A stretch of 44,232 bases of DNA from a virus (Duplodnaviria; Caudoviricetes), in the IMG/VR virus record IMGVR_UViG_3300043610_000032, positions 1 through 44,232 of that record. One strand, 5' to 3'. Of the stretch, positions 16,139 to 24,199 are shown one piece after another (within the stretch, counting starts at the first letter, position 1; the number at the start of each line of letters is the position of its first letter). The notes beneath the pieces are model-generated. The model saw only the letters and a list, made by a program, of their open reading frames with translations. It was not told where the DNA came from and did not search any database. The translations under genes and the position numbers were made by a program.

Positions 16139-16396
16139 GCTCTGGCCGGCCTGCCGGACCGGTTTGCGCTCGGCATCGACCGGTGAATCACCCTGCCGGA
16201 CTGGCCCGACGAGCCACACACCGTCGGTGACCTCGACTGCACTGAGGGCTGGTGCGCAGGCGACAGCGGCTACTACCCGAGGCCGTGCGACGGCGACAAC
16301 TGTCCCGGGTTGGTGCACGCGGCGTGGGGCGATGAGAACGCGGACGGGGACTACTGGCTGTTCACCAAGTGCGACGTGTGCGGGGAATCCGCCTGA
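16112..16396 (+). pseudogene. Cys-rich acidic protein gene with an in-frame TGA at 16184
   Basis: After the TGA the frame reads ITLPDWPDEPH..C..C..C..CPGLVHA.WGDEN.DGDYWL.TKCDVCG and has no nearby start of its own. Confidence 0.55.
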
Positions 16397-16405
16397 TCTT
16401 CTAAG

Positions 16406-16452
16406 AAACTTAGTCGCCCTACTTGACAACGTCCGCCGAGACGACTAAGTTT
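16406..16452 (+). promoter_or_regulatory. strong SigA promoter flanked by an 11-bp inverted repeat
   Basis: TTGACA(16423)-N17-TAAGTT(16446); AAACTTAGTCG (16406-16416) / CGACTAAGTTT (16442-16452). Confidence 0.8.
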
Positions 16453-16488
16453 AGAGGTGTCGGAGAGAACACCACCAAGGAGAACCGG

Positions 16489-16647
16489 ATGAGCCGCCAG
16501 ACAGTCCCGAACCCCGAAACCGCCAGCCACACCCCGACGGAGCCGGCACACACGGCGGACGACAGCCACTCCGCGCCGACGTGCGAGCACAGCGCCACCG
16601 TCGGCTACAACCCGAACGGGTGCTCCTGGTGCGGCACCCACCGGTGA
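16489..16647 (+). CDS. small Cys/His protein
   Basis: AAGGAG RBS; CEH..CSWC. Confidence 0.6.
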   Translation: MSRQTVPNPETASHTPTEPAHTADDSHSAPTCEHSATVGYNPNGCSWCGTHR

Positions 16648-16898
16648 CCAACCCGAAGATCCTGGACAGGGCGGCGATGGCCGCCCTGGCCGGGGTGGCC
16701 CCGAAGTCGGTGACCCGCTACCTGGAACGCGGGCAGATGCCGCAGCCGGACGGCTGGGTCTCCGGCCGGCCCTGGTGGTATGAGACGACGGCCAAGGAGT
16801 GGCTAGCCAACCGGCCCGGCCGAGGTGCCGGCGGTGGCCGGCCCCCGCACGTGCGAAAGCCGCCGCCCACCCCGGAGGGCGGAACGGCGGCTGGGTAG
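16644..16898 (+). CDS. AlpA/MerR-like winged-HTH protein
   Basis: LDRAAMAALAGVAPKSVTRY..GQMPQPD....RPWW..T..EW...RPGRG. Confidence 0.8.
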   Translation: MTNPKILDRAAMAALAGVAPKSVTRYLERGQMPQPDGWVSGRPWWYETTAKEWLANRPGRGAGGGRPPHVRKPPPTPEGGTAAG

Positions 16899-16907
16899 GG
16901 AGAACAA

Positions 16908-17126
16908 GTGGGGGATGACGTGACCCGGTTGGCCGTGACCTCATGGGAGTACACCCGCAACGCCCAATGCAGCACCGCGGACCACCACCCGCACCGGGTG
17001 CATTGCCCCGACCCGGGCTTGTGCTGCCTGGAGCCGTCCGGGCCGTTGCTGTGCTGCCTCGACAGCGAGACGTGGCCGTGCCGGGTGAAGCTGGAGCGGC
17101 AGGACGGTAGGGTCGGTGGCAGTTGA
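16908..17126 (+). CDS. Cys/His-rich hypothetical protein
   Basis: GGGAG RBS; HHPH..CC..CC..WPC. Confidence 0.55.
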   Translation: MGDDVTRLAVTSWEYTRNAQCSTADHHPHRVHCPDPGLCCLEPSGPLLCCLDSETWPCRVKLERQDGRVGGS

Positions 17127-17178
17127 GCCCGGCCGGGTCGCCTACGTCATGGCGCCGTAGCCGGGCTTCACCACGTCA

Positions 17179-17241
17179 GGGGCCAACGGTTCGGCCGGTT
17201 CTGTTGGCGCCACAGCCGACGGTGCAAGTCCCGTAGGCCCC
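17179..17241 (+). ncRNA. tRNA/tmRNA-domain-like structured element (degenerate)
   Basis: GGGGCC/GGCCCC closing stem, internal CGG-CTGT/ACAG-CCG arm, T-arm-like GGTGCAAGTCC; lies where the two transcription units converge. Confidence 0.4.
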
Positions 17242-17249
17242 GGGGGGGG

Positions 17250-17723
17250 TCAGTGCTGCTCGACCGTGATGACGATGCGGTCGTTACTCCAACCCTTCCG
17301 CTTGGCGTGGTCCGGGTTGGCGTGCCCGGACAGGCTGACCAGACAGGCGTCGGTGCCTACGGCGCCGGAGTCGAGCAGAGCCTGAGCCGCGGTCAGCGCG
17401 GCCTCGACCTGCTCGTCCATCGCGGACACCTCGCCGGGGTCGGCCTTCAACGTGGCGCAGTAGTCGGCATAGGCCGCCCGGCCTGCCGCATCGATGGTGG
17501 TGGCGGTCTGCGACAGGCACTGGATGCTCCAGCTCATGCTGATCCTCTCGTCGGATTGTGGCCGGTCGAACTGTCCGCCGCGGTTGTTGTCCCCGTGGCA
17601 GCCGCAGGAACACGGCGCCGGGCAGAACTTGCACGTCAGCCGGCACCGGCCGTGCGGGACGCTGCCGTCGTGTTGCGCGTGCCAGCAGGCGGTGGACAGG
17701 TACTCGTGCACGGGCGCGGTCAC
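17250..17723 (-). CDS. Cys-rich domain fused in frame to a second protein (internal start 17537)
   Basis: HEYLSTACWH..C..CKFC..C.C.CH, then GAGAGGA-N5-ATG MSWS..SLSGH. Confidence 0.6.
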   Translation of the reverse strand: MTAPVHEYLSTACWHAQHDGSVPHGRCRLTCKFCPAPCSCGCHGDNNRGGQFDRPQSDERISMSWSIQCLSQTATTIDAAGRAAYADYCATLKADPGEVSAMDEQVEAALTAAQALLDSGAVGTDACLVSLSGHANPDHAKRKGWSNDRIVITVEQH

Positions 17724-17938
17724 CACACGTGCGCCAGGTGCAGGATCGTCCACGTCAGCACGCCGACGGTGAGTACCCGGTACGTCCATTGCGGCGCCCC
17801 GTGGAGTCTGGTGTCGAGCGCGCGCCACGCCTCGGTGATCGTGTCGCCGGGCTTCTTCCGGACCAGCGCACCGACCAGCTCGACCGCGAGCAAGGCGCCA
17901 CCGAGGAGCAGGTACGCGGCGAGGAACCAGGCGTTCAT
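17720..17938 (-). CDS. two-TM membrane protein (lysis region)
   Basis: TM-GDTITE-TM pattern; TGATG coupling. Confidence 0.7.
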   Translation of the reverse strand: MNAWFLAAYLLLGGALLAVELVGALVRKKPGDTITEAWRALDTRLHGAPQWTYRVLTVGVLTWTILHLAHVW

Positions 17939-18252
17939 CAGCAGCCGAACGAGCGCGGTTCGTCATCCGCGAGCGTCTTCTCCTGCAGCGGCAGCAGGTA
18001 CGGTGTGCCGTCCGTGGCCTTCGGTGCGAGCGCCGGGTCCGCCGGGGTCACCCCGGTCCGGGACCACAGCACCAGCACCAGCACCCCGAGCAGGTCGATC
18101 GCCGATCCGACCGCCACCGGCGCCTGCGCTTCCAGGGTCGGAGGGAGCGCCCAGATGACGACGGCGGCGTGGATGAGCGCGGTGGCGGTGGATACGGCGA
18201 GGGCGCGGCGGGCCACGACCTCCCGGGCCCACCGACCGGGGTCGGCGGTCAT
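17938..18252 (-). CDS. holin
   Basis: Two TM helices followed by R..VTP, typical of actinophage holins. Confidence 0.65.
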   Translation of the reverse strand: MTADPGRWAREVVARRALAVSTATALIHAAVVIWALPPTLEAQAPVAVGSAIDLLGVLVLVLWSRTGVTPADPALAPKATDGTPYLLPLQEKTLADDEPRSFGC

Positions 18253-18899
18253 GACGCCTCGGCTTCCGGCGCGGCCTGCCCGAGGTCGCCGAGCCGGTTG
18301 TGTGCCTCCTGCCAGATCATGCTCAGATCGTTGCCGGCGGCGGCGATGAGGCTGTTCAGGTAGGTGCGACGCTTCCTGCCGTGCTCGACGAACCGGGCGG
18401 TCAGCTCCTCCTGCTGTTCGGTGTAGTCCTGGAGTTCCTTCAGGGTGGAGGTGACGGGCTCGAAGTCGCGCAGCGGGAACAGGCTGCCCTGGTCGCCTAC
18501 CAGGTCCATGAGGGCGCGGGCGCGGTCGTGGTCCCGTTCGACCTCGGTCCGGTGGTCCGCGGGCGGCTCATCGGGGGACACCTCATAGGCCGGGAAGTCG
18601 GCCTTGAGAAGATCAAACCAGCTCCCGAAATCCGACGTCACCCGTCGGATTTCGGCCTCGGTTTTGTAGGTCCTAGCGCATTGGATCCTGCGCTGAATCT
18701 CCCGTTCGGACAGCTCGATCCCGCCGGCTTTCGATGCCGCGATGAGCTGCTTGGTGATGCCGTGCCGTAGCGACTTCTCCGACGACATGGCCTCCGGGTC
18801 GCGCAGGAGCCGCAGACCCCACAGCCACCGCTGGCGGATGCCGCCGGAGTCGGCCGCCGCGATCGCCTTCTCCTGCCGTACATACTGCGTCGTCCTCAT
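18249..18899 (-). CDS. hypothetical protein inserted in the lysis cassette
   Basis: GAAGGAG RBS, 216 aa, soluble and helical; contains QGSLF. Confidence 0.75.
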   Translation of the reverse strand: MRTTQYVRQEKAIAAADSGGIRQRWLWGLRLLRDPEAMSSEKSLRHGITKQLIAASKAGGIELSEREIQRRIQCARTYKTEAEIRRVTSDFGSWFDLLKADFPAYEVSPDEPPADHRTEVERDHDRARALMDLVGDQGSLFPLRDFEPVTSTLKELQDYTEQQEELTARFVEHGRKRRTYLNSLIAAAGNDLSMIWQEAHNRLGDLGQAAPEAEAS

Positions 18900-18915
18900 G
18901 CTCGTTCTCCTTCGA

Positions 18916-18980
18916 GGGGATGGCGGTGTGGGATGGCTGTGTGAACCCGACCCGCCGGCCATCCCAGGCAGCGGGCCGGG
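18916..18980 (-). promoter_or_regulatory. hairpin/pseudoknot leader
   Basis: 11-bp stem with two G-U pairs on the sense strand; loop UGGGAUGGC is complementary to two downstream GCCAUCCC copies. Confidence 0.55.
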
Positions 18981-18984
18981 GGTC

Positions 18985-19116
18985 TCAGCCCGCCCGCCAG
19001 GTGACGGTCGTGGTGCCGTGCCCGCGGGACGCCGACGGCACCAGGACCGCGTGCGGCGGGATGGTCCACGTCAGGACCACCGGCCGCGGCGGCTGCTCGC
19101 GGCTGTCCGCGGTCAT
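18985..19116 (-). CDS. hypothetical protein (43 aa)
   Basis: ATGA-coupled; MTADSREQPPRPVVLTWTIPP.. Confidence 0.4.
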   Translation of the reverse strand: MTADSREQPPRPVVLTWTIPPHAVLVPSASRGHGTTTVTWRAG

Positions 19117-19295
19117 CCCCAGCCGCCCAGGACGAGCAGGACGTACAGCGCCCAGCACGCCAACCCCAGCCAGCCGAGACTGACCCGCGGATGTCCGACG
19201 CCGGACGCGGCCGACGCCAACAACACCACGGCCAGCAGCAGCAGGATCACGTACAGCATGTCGGTGCCCTGCGCACCCGAGGCCAGGACGGTCAC
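19113..19295 (-). CDS. small two-TM protein (holin-like)
   Basis: Hydrophobic, directly after the endolysin. Confidence 0.65.
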   Translation of the reverse strand: MTVLASGAQGTDMLYVILLLLAVVLLASAASGVGHPRVSLGWLGLACWALYVLLVLGGWG

Positions 19296-20236
19296 GGCGT
19301 CACCGGCGTCGGGTCGCCGTGGACGGTCACGTCCACGGCCACCACCGCAGCAGCGATCGCCTCCTGCACCACCGTGGTCAACTCCGCGGCGGAAATCTGC
19401 TGCTCGGCGGCGACCGCGGCGGCCAGCCCCGTCACGGCGCCGGACAGCGTCGCGATCTGCCGCGCCTGGGCGGCCAGGTCAGCGCGCGCAGCCGCCACCT
19501 GCACGGCGAGGGCCTTGCCCTGCGCCACCGCGGCGGCTGCGTCGGCCTGCGCCTTCGCCAGCGCCTGGTAGGCCGGCAGCGTGGCAACGCCGGAGGCCAC
19601 GTCCCGGGTCCAGATCAGGGTCACGTCGGCTGCGGTAACCACGTCGTCCTCCATGGGCCACTGGCCCCAGTCGAGTAGTTGAACGGTGTTCCGGTCGGCC
19701 TGCACCCCGTCGGGGTAGACGTAGCCGACGTGCTGGTACAGCGCGGCCTTGGCGCTGATGCGGGGGGAGCCGTCGGGGTTCGTGCCCGACCAGGCCCGGG
19801 TCTGCCATCCCAGCCGCGCCGACCGGCCCACGCAGTGCTCGATGACGTCGTACTCGCCGTAGACGTTCGCCCGGGCCGCGCCGAAGGTCTCGGCGAAACC
19901 CCGCAGGCACGCGTCGATCTCGTCGAATTGGCTGGCTACGGTGTCCACGTCGTCGGCGAGGTAGCACCCGGGGAAGTCTGCGAGGTTGCGGCCCATGGCC
20001 GCCCAGTCGGCGGCGACGGCCTGGGCTGCGGAGCGACCGGCGGAGGTGCCGGCGAGCATCCATCCGGCGGTCCGTTCGTGGACGAACGCGGTTGGGACGC
20101 GGGCCGCGAGCCGGTAGTCGAGCTCGGCCTTGGTGATGTTCTTGCTGTGGCCAGGGGTGCCGATGTACCGGACGGTGCCGACGTACGGGGCGATGGCCCG
20201 CGGCCAGCCGGAGGAGTAGTCCAGGACCTCGGGCAT
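19292..20236 (-). CDS. endolysin, DUF1906 (GH25-like) glycoside hydrolase with coiled-coil C-terminus
   Basis: LDYS..RYIG..KNIT..E..YLADDVD..VYG..WQTRAWS..LYQ..DRN..DWGQW. Confidence 0.85.
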   Translation of the reverse strand: MPEVLDYSSGWPRAIAPYVGTVRYIGTPGHSKNITKAELDYRLAARVPTAFVHERTAGWMLAGTSAGRSAAQAVAADWAAMGRNLADFPGCYLADDVDTVASQFDEIDACLRGFAETFGAARANVYGEYDVIEHCVGRSARLGWQTRAWSGTNPDGSPRISAKAALYQHVGYVYPDGVQADRNTVQLLDWGQWPMEDDVVTAADVTLIWTRDVASGVATLPAYQALAKAQADAAAAVAQGKALAVQVAAARADLAAQARQIATLSGAVTGLAAAVAAEQQISAAELTTVVQEAIAAAVVAVDVTVHGDPTPVTP

Positions 20237-20245
20237 GCGGTCACC

Positions 20246-20605
20246 TCACGTCTTGTATGGCACCGCGTAACCGGCGGCGATCATCGCGGCGGAGAACAGG
20301 CGCCCGTCGGGGAGGATCATGTCCAGCAGCGGCCTGCCGTAGTTCTCCGGGTCGGGCCGATACGACCAGCAGGGATAGTCCCCGGGTGGCGCCAGCGTGG
20401 CGGCGAAGTCCCGGGCGGCGAGGCCACGCTCGTCGAGGCGGCCGGCGACGACGAGTTCCGGCGCCTGGATCAGCGCCGCGCGGCACCGCACCGGCTTGGA
20501 GTCGCGGCCGCGGTAGGTCCAAAGCGCCTGATCCACGACCCCGTGCCAGGTGTCGCCGTCGTGCCAGTCGATCACGCTGACCCAAAGCTGGAACGTCTTC
20601 ATCAA
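20246..20605 (-). CDS. thermonuclease (SNase) family protein
   Basis: HDGDT, R..LIQAPE, G.AA, NYGR.L, M..AGYAV.Y. Confidence 0.75.
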   Translation of the reverse strand: MMKTFQLWVSVIDWHDGDTWHGVVDQALWTYRGRDSKPVRCRAALIQAPELVVAGRLDERGLAARDFAATLAPPGDYPCWSYRPDPENYGRPLLDMILPDGRLFSAAMIAAGYAVPYKT

Positions 20606-20624
20606 CGCCCGTTCTCGATGTTGG

Positions 20625-21194
20625 CTACTTCCTCAACGCCAGATACAGCAGCAGGGCGGCGATTACCACAGCCAGGAACTGGAGCCGCAGCGAATCACCC
20701 TGCCGGCCCTCGCCGCGCACCTCGCGGGTCTCCACCACCTGCGTCTTCTGCCCCTGCGCCTCGTACTGCGCCCGGCGCAGGTCTGCGATGTCTTTCTGTA
20801 CCGGCTCCAGCGCGGCGGCCAACGCGATAGTCGCGGCCGACGCGGCGGCGGCCACCTGGGTGCGCAGCGTCTCGGCGGAGGTGGCGACCTGCGCCGCCAG
20901 GGTCTGCGCCTGGGTGGCGGCCACTTCGGCGGCCCGGTTCACCGCGCCCACGTCCACCGCGCGGATCGCGTCCAGCCGCGCGGCCTCGGACTCCCGGATC
21001 TCCCGGGAGTAGCCCTCCCGGATCTCGGCGATTGTCGCCTGCAAGCTGACCACCTCGCGGACGTGCCGGGCTTCCGCTACCCGTAGATCGTCCTGCCGTC
21101 GAATGGCCGCCTCGACCAGATCGAGGACGTTCTGCGTCGGATCGACGACAGGGTCGCCGCCGGCATCGACCCCCCGCCCCGGCGTGCCGGCCAT
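20625..21194 (-). CDS. coiled-coil protein with C-terminal TM (lysis region)
   Basis: DPTQNVLDLVEAAIRRQDDLR.. plus terminal hydrophobic helix. Confidence 0.75.
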   Translation of the reverse strand: MAGTPGRGVDAGGDPVVDPTQNVLDLVEAAIRRQDDLRVAEARHVREVVSLQATIAEIREGYSREIRESEAARLDAIRAVDVGAVNRAAEVAATQAQTLAAQVATSAETLRTQVAAAASAATIALAAALEPVQKDIADLRRAQYEAQGQKTQVVETREVRGEGRQGDSLRLQFLAVVIAALLLYLALRK

Positions 21195-21197
21195 GGC

Positions 21198-21314
21198 CTA
21201 CAGCGCGCCCAGCCCCGCGGATCCGGCCGGGAACGGGCCGATGAACGCGAACGCCAACAGGGCGGCACCGCGGCGGCCGACCCGGGCCCGCAACGCGGGC
21301 AGCCGGCCGGTCAC
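21198..21314 (-). CDS. 38-aa ORF, probable truncated membrane protein
   Basis: GTGA-coupled; RVGRRGAALLAFAFI. Confidence 0.4.
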   Translation of the reverse strand: MTGRLPALRARVGRRGAALLAFAFIGPFPAGSAGLGAL

Positions 21315-21844
21315 ACACCCACCCGGTAGCACGACTGCCAGGCGGTGAAGTTCGCCGCCGCCCCGTTGCTGTGGAACACCCGGGAGATGAACGAGTCGCC
21401 GGCGAGCAGCGGGATCGTCACGCCAAGTGTCACGAACGTGTCAACGCCGGAGGAGACCGAGCGGAGCTGGCCCGGGGTGCCGGCGATCCCCGAGGTCGGT
21501 TCGATCCAGTTCGTCAGACGGCCAGTGGTCGTCACCCCGACCGCGTGGAAGGTGATTGCATAGAGGCCGCCCAGCCCGGTAGGAATGGTGACCGTGGTGC
21601 CGGTGACGACGATGTATCCGTCGGTGTCCTGATCCTCGGTGTCCCAGGAGATGGTGACGGACGTGGAGTTCGCGACCGACTGCGCGGCGGCCCGGCGCAG
21701 CCGGCAGCCGGTGCGGACGGCCAGCGGGTCGAGCAAGGCGAGCCGTGTATTCAAATCGTCGATGTTGTCGGCCATCTGATCCTGGGCGATGTCATCGAAG
21801 ATGATCCCGTGCCCCGGCCGGACCGTCGGATAGCTGGCAACCAC
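21311..21844 (-). CDS. minor tail / receptor-binding protein, C1q/TNF-like head
   Basis: QSVANS..ISWDTEDQDTDG..TIP..GLYAI..L.AGD; last tail gene. Confidence 0.7.
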   Translation of the reverse strand: MVASYPTVRPGHGIIFDDIAQDQMADNIDDLNTRLALLDPLAVRTGCRLRRAAAQSVANSTSVTISWDTEDQDTDGYIVVTGTTVTIPTGLGGLYAITFHAVGVTTTGRLTNWIEPTSGIAGTPGQLRSVSSGVDTFVTLGVTIPLLAGDSFISRVFHSNGAAANFTAWQSCYRVGV

Positions 21845-21856
21845 GCGTACCTCCTG

Positions 21857-24199
21857 TCAGAGCCGGCTACCGGAGCCGCCGAGTTCGGACCGGCCGGGCA
21901 CGCCCAGCAGCAGTTGCCGGGGACGGCCGACAAGCTTCAGGATCAGGTCCTGCTCGAGCAGCGGCGATTCTCCACCGGTGAAACGGTCCGTCTTGCCCAT
22001 GATCCACGCCGGCTCGTCGATACCCGTCTGCGACGGCGAGGAGTCGTCACGGACCTGCACACGATCGCCGAGTTGCAGATCCGGATGTCCGACGATGGTC
22101 ATCTGGGACAGTTGCGGGCGTGACCACGCGGTCTCGTGGAGCAGGTCCTGGCCGAGGTCGGTCGCCGAGTCGGCGGTCTGCCGCCACTCCGAGGTCGGGA
22201 TGTCGAGTGGCCGTTCGCCGTATCGGTCGATCGATGGCTGCCAGCGGACCTCGACCGCGGTATCTGCGGCCGGCGTGGCGACAACGGTATCCGGGGCGGT
22301 CGTATCGGCGTTGACGAGCTGCCCAACCACCGCCGCGGTGGGCAGGCCGACCGAGCCGGCGGGGTAGCCGATCGCCGGGGTGACCAGCGCCACCGGCCAC
22401 GGGTTCGGGTTGACCCACGCCAGGTCGATGCTGTTCGCCGACGGCGTGATGAGCATGCTGATGTTGCCGGCCTCGACACCGAAGGCGCCGGTGACAGGGT
22501 TATATCGGGCGGCCCGGTAGCCGGAATGACCCCAAGCCAGCGCGCCACCGGAAGGGATGACCCCGCCCAGGGTGTCCACCCGGTACACCTGAGCGGGCGA
22601 CAGGTCCACGCTGCGCGACGCCGATCCGAACGCCGGCAGGATGATCAGATCGGAGGTGGACAGCGCCCAGATCACCGACAGTGGTTGCACCGCCACCGGC
22701 GTGTACGGCACCCGCAAGACGTTGCGGATCCGGTCGCCCTGCCGGGCGACTGTCAGCCCCTTCAGCGCGGTGCTGGCGGTGAGCGTGCGCTGGATCTGTG
22801 TCGCGGCCGTGGCGGTACCCCAGTGTTTGCGGGACCAGAACTGCGCAACCCCGGCCTCATCAATCAGCACGACCCCGGCCTCCGCCGCGGCCAAGGTCTG
22901 CAGAATCGTCCACGCGGACGTCTTGGCGGCGATCGGCGGCATCGCAATCAGTTCGTTCTCACCCGGCTCGATGACCGCGGTCGGCACAAACGCATCATTG
23001 TAGAATCCGGCCGGTGCCGGTTCGACCGTGACCTGCAACGCCTCGATCGGATTGTACGTCTTGACCAGCACCTCGTTCGCAGGGCCACCGCCGGACACCG
23101 GGTTGCTGCCCACGTTGGTCGGCCCCGTGGTAGTGCCGTCGATACGCCACGTCACCGCGATGTTGGATGAGCTGAACGCGAGGTGCACCAGCACGTAATG
23201 GAAGTCCGAGGGATTGGCGATCGCCGGGCCCGTGACGTCAAGCGTGTCGGCCAACCGGAGAATGTAATGCGCACCGTCGGTGGCGACCCTGATCCGCGAA
23301 CCGGACGGGTTACCGGTCGCGCGAATCGAAATGTCGCCAGCCGGGTAGGAGGTGACGGTTGGCTTTATCCACATCTCCACAAGCAGATACCGGCCCGCCG
23401 TGTACTGGATACCTGCGGGTATCGAGTACAGGATGGTGCCGAGGGCGCCGTCCACCGCATCCGGTTTCGTCCCCAGGCCGAACCGGGCCTGTTGGAACTG
23501 GATCGGGCCGCCGCTGGCCGTTGCGGCGGCGGACAGCGCGGCCGGGCCGATGATGTACGGGTCCTGCCAGGCGGAGCCGTGCATCGTCGCGGACAGCCGG
23601 TAGTCCGAACCGTCGGTCCGTCGCGGCGGCGACGCAAAATACCCGGCCCGGCGGAGGATCACGTCGGCCGGCCACTGAGAGTTCAGCCCCGGCTGCATGC
23701 CGTTGACCGCGTCGGCCGCGACGACCAGCGGCAAGGCCGGGGCGAAGGTCATGCCATCCGCGCCGTCGAACGCCTGCAACGTCCCTGCCGTGCCGTCGCT
23801 GCCGGCGATCACATCCAGCTCGCGGATGGTGCCGGCGAACACGACCAGCGGATCCTGCCCGGGCGCGGCCACTCCGAGCCTCACGGTGACCGGTAGCCCC
23901 TCGGGGTCCACATCGGCGAGCGCCGCCGCAGCCTTGTAGGGGGAGTACAGGGCGCCGGCGGTCACCGTGTTATCGGTCGGGTCGCCGGTGAGGTCCACGT
24001 CGGCCTGGGCGACCGAATGCCCGGTGATCAGTGTGACGTCAGGGTCAAGGTCGGAGATGATCGACCGGTCGATGCGGATCCCCGCGGCCCGGGCTGGCGC
24101 CTGGTTACCGGACCGCAGCCAGTCCACCCGCACCTCGGCCAGCGGGGTCCGTTCCGCCGCGGTCACCGCCTGCTTGTACGCCTGGTTGGTCGTCTGCAC
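21857..24199 (-). CDS. baseplate hub/tail tip protein with central LamG-like domain
   Basis: Position after Dit; VFAG.I, EAG..IDEAG..F..R, IRN, P.LQLGD.V; central VEMWIK..FHYV..IDG. Confidence 0.8.
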   Translation of the reverse strand: MQTTNQAYKQAVTAAERTPLAEVRVDWLRSGNQAPARAAGIRIDRSIISDLDPDVTLITGHSVAQADVDLTGDPTDNTVTAGALYSPYKAAAALADVDPEGLPVTVRLGVAAPGQDPLVVFAGTIRELDVIAGSDGTAGTLQAFDGADGMTFAPALPLVVAADAVNGMQPGLNSQWPADVILRRAGYFASPPRRTDGSDYRLSATMHGSAWQDPYIIGPAALSAAATASGGPIQFQQARFGLGTKPDAVDGALGTILYSIPAGIQYTAGRYLLVEMWIKPTVTSYPAGDISIRATGNPSGSRIRVATDGAHYILRLADTLDVTGPAIANPSDFHYVLVHLAFSSSNIAVTWRIDGTTTGPTNVGSNPVSGGGPANEVLVKTYNPIEALQVTVEPAPAGFYNDAFVPTAVIEPGENELIAMPPIAAKTSAWTILQTLAAAEAGVVLIDEAGVAQFWSRKHWGTATAATQIQRTLTASTALKGLTVARQGDRIRNVLRVPYTPVAVQPLSVIWALSTSDLIILPAFGSASRSVDLSPAQVYRVDTLGGVIPSGGALAWGHSGYRAARYNPVTGAFGVEAGNISMLITPSANSIDLAWVNPNPWPVALVTPAIGYPAGSVGLPTAAVVGQLVNADTTAPDTVVATPAADTAVEVRWQPSIDRYGERPLDIPTSEWRQTADSATDLGQDLLHETAWSRPQLSQMTIVGHPDLQLGDRVQVRDDSSPSQTGIDEPAWIMGKTDRFTGGESPLLEQDLILKLVGRPRQLLLGVPGRSELGGSGSRL

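Noticed and set aside
17179-17241. Functional tRNA, UGA suppressor or cobalamin riboswitch
   Set aside because: Too short, with no U33, no UCA anticodon and no CCA; lacks the GGGAA/B12-box context
14066-17249. Long C run near 14070 and G8 run at 17242-17249 as phase-variation tracts
   Set aside because: Both are intergenic with no evident promoter or frame effect; they may be sequencing artefacts
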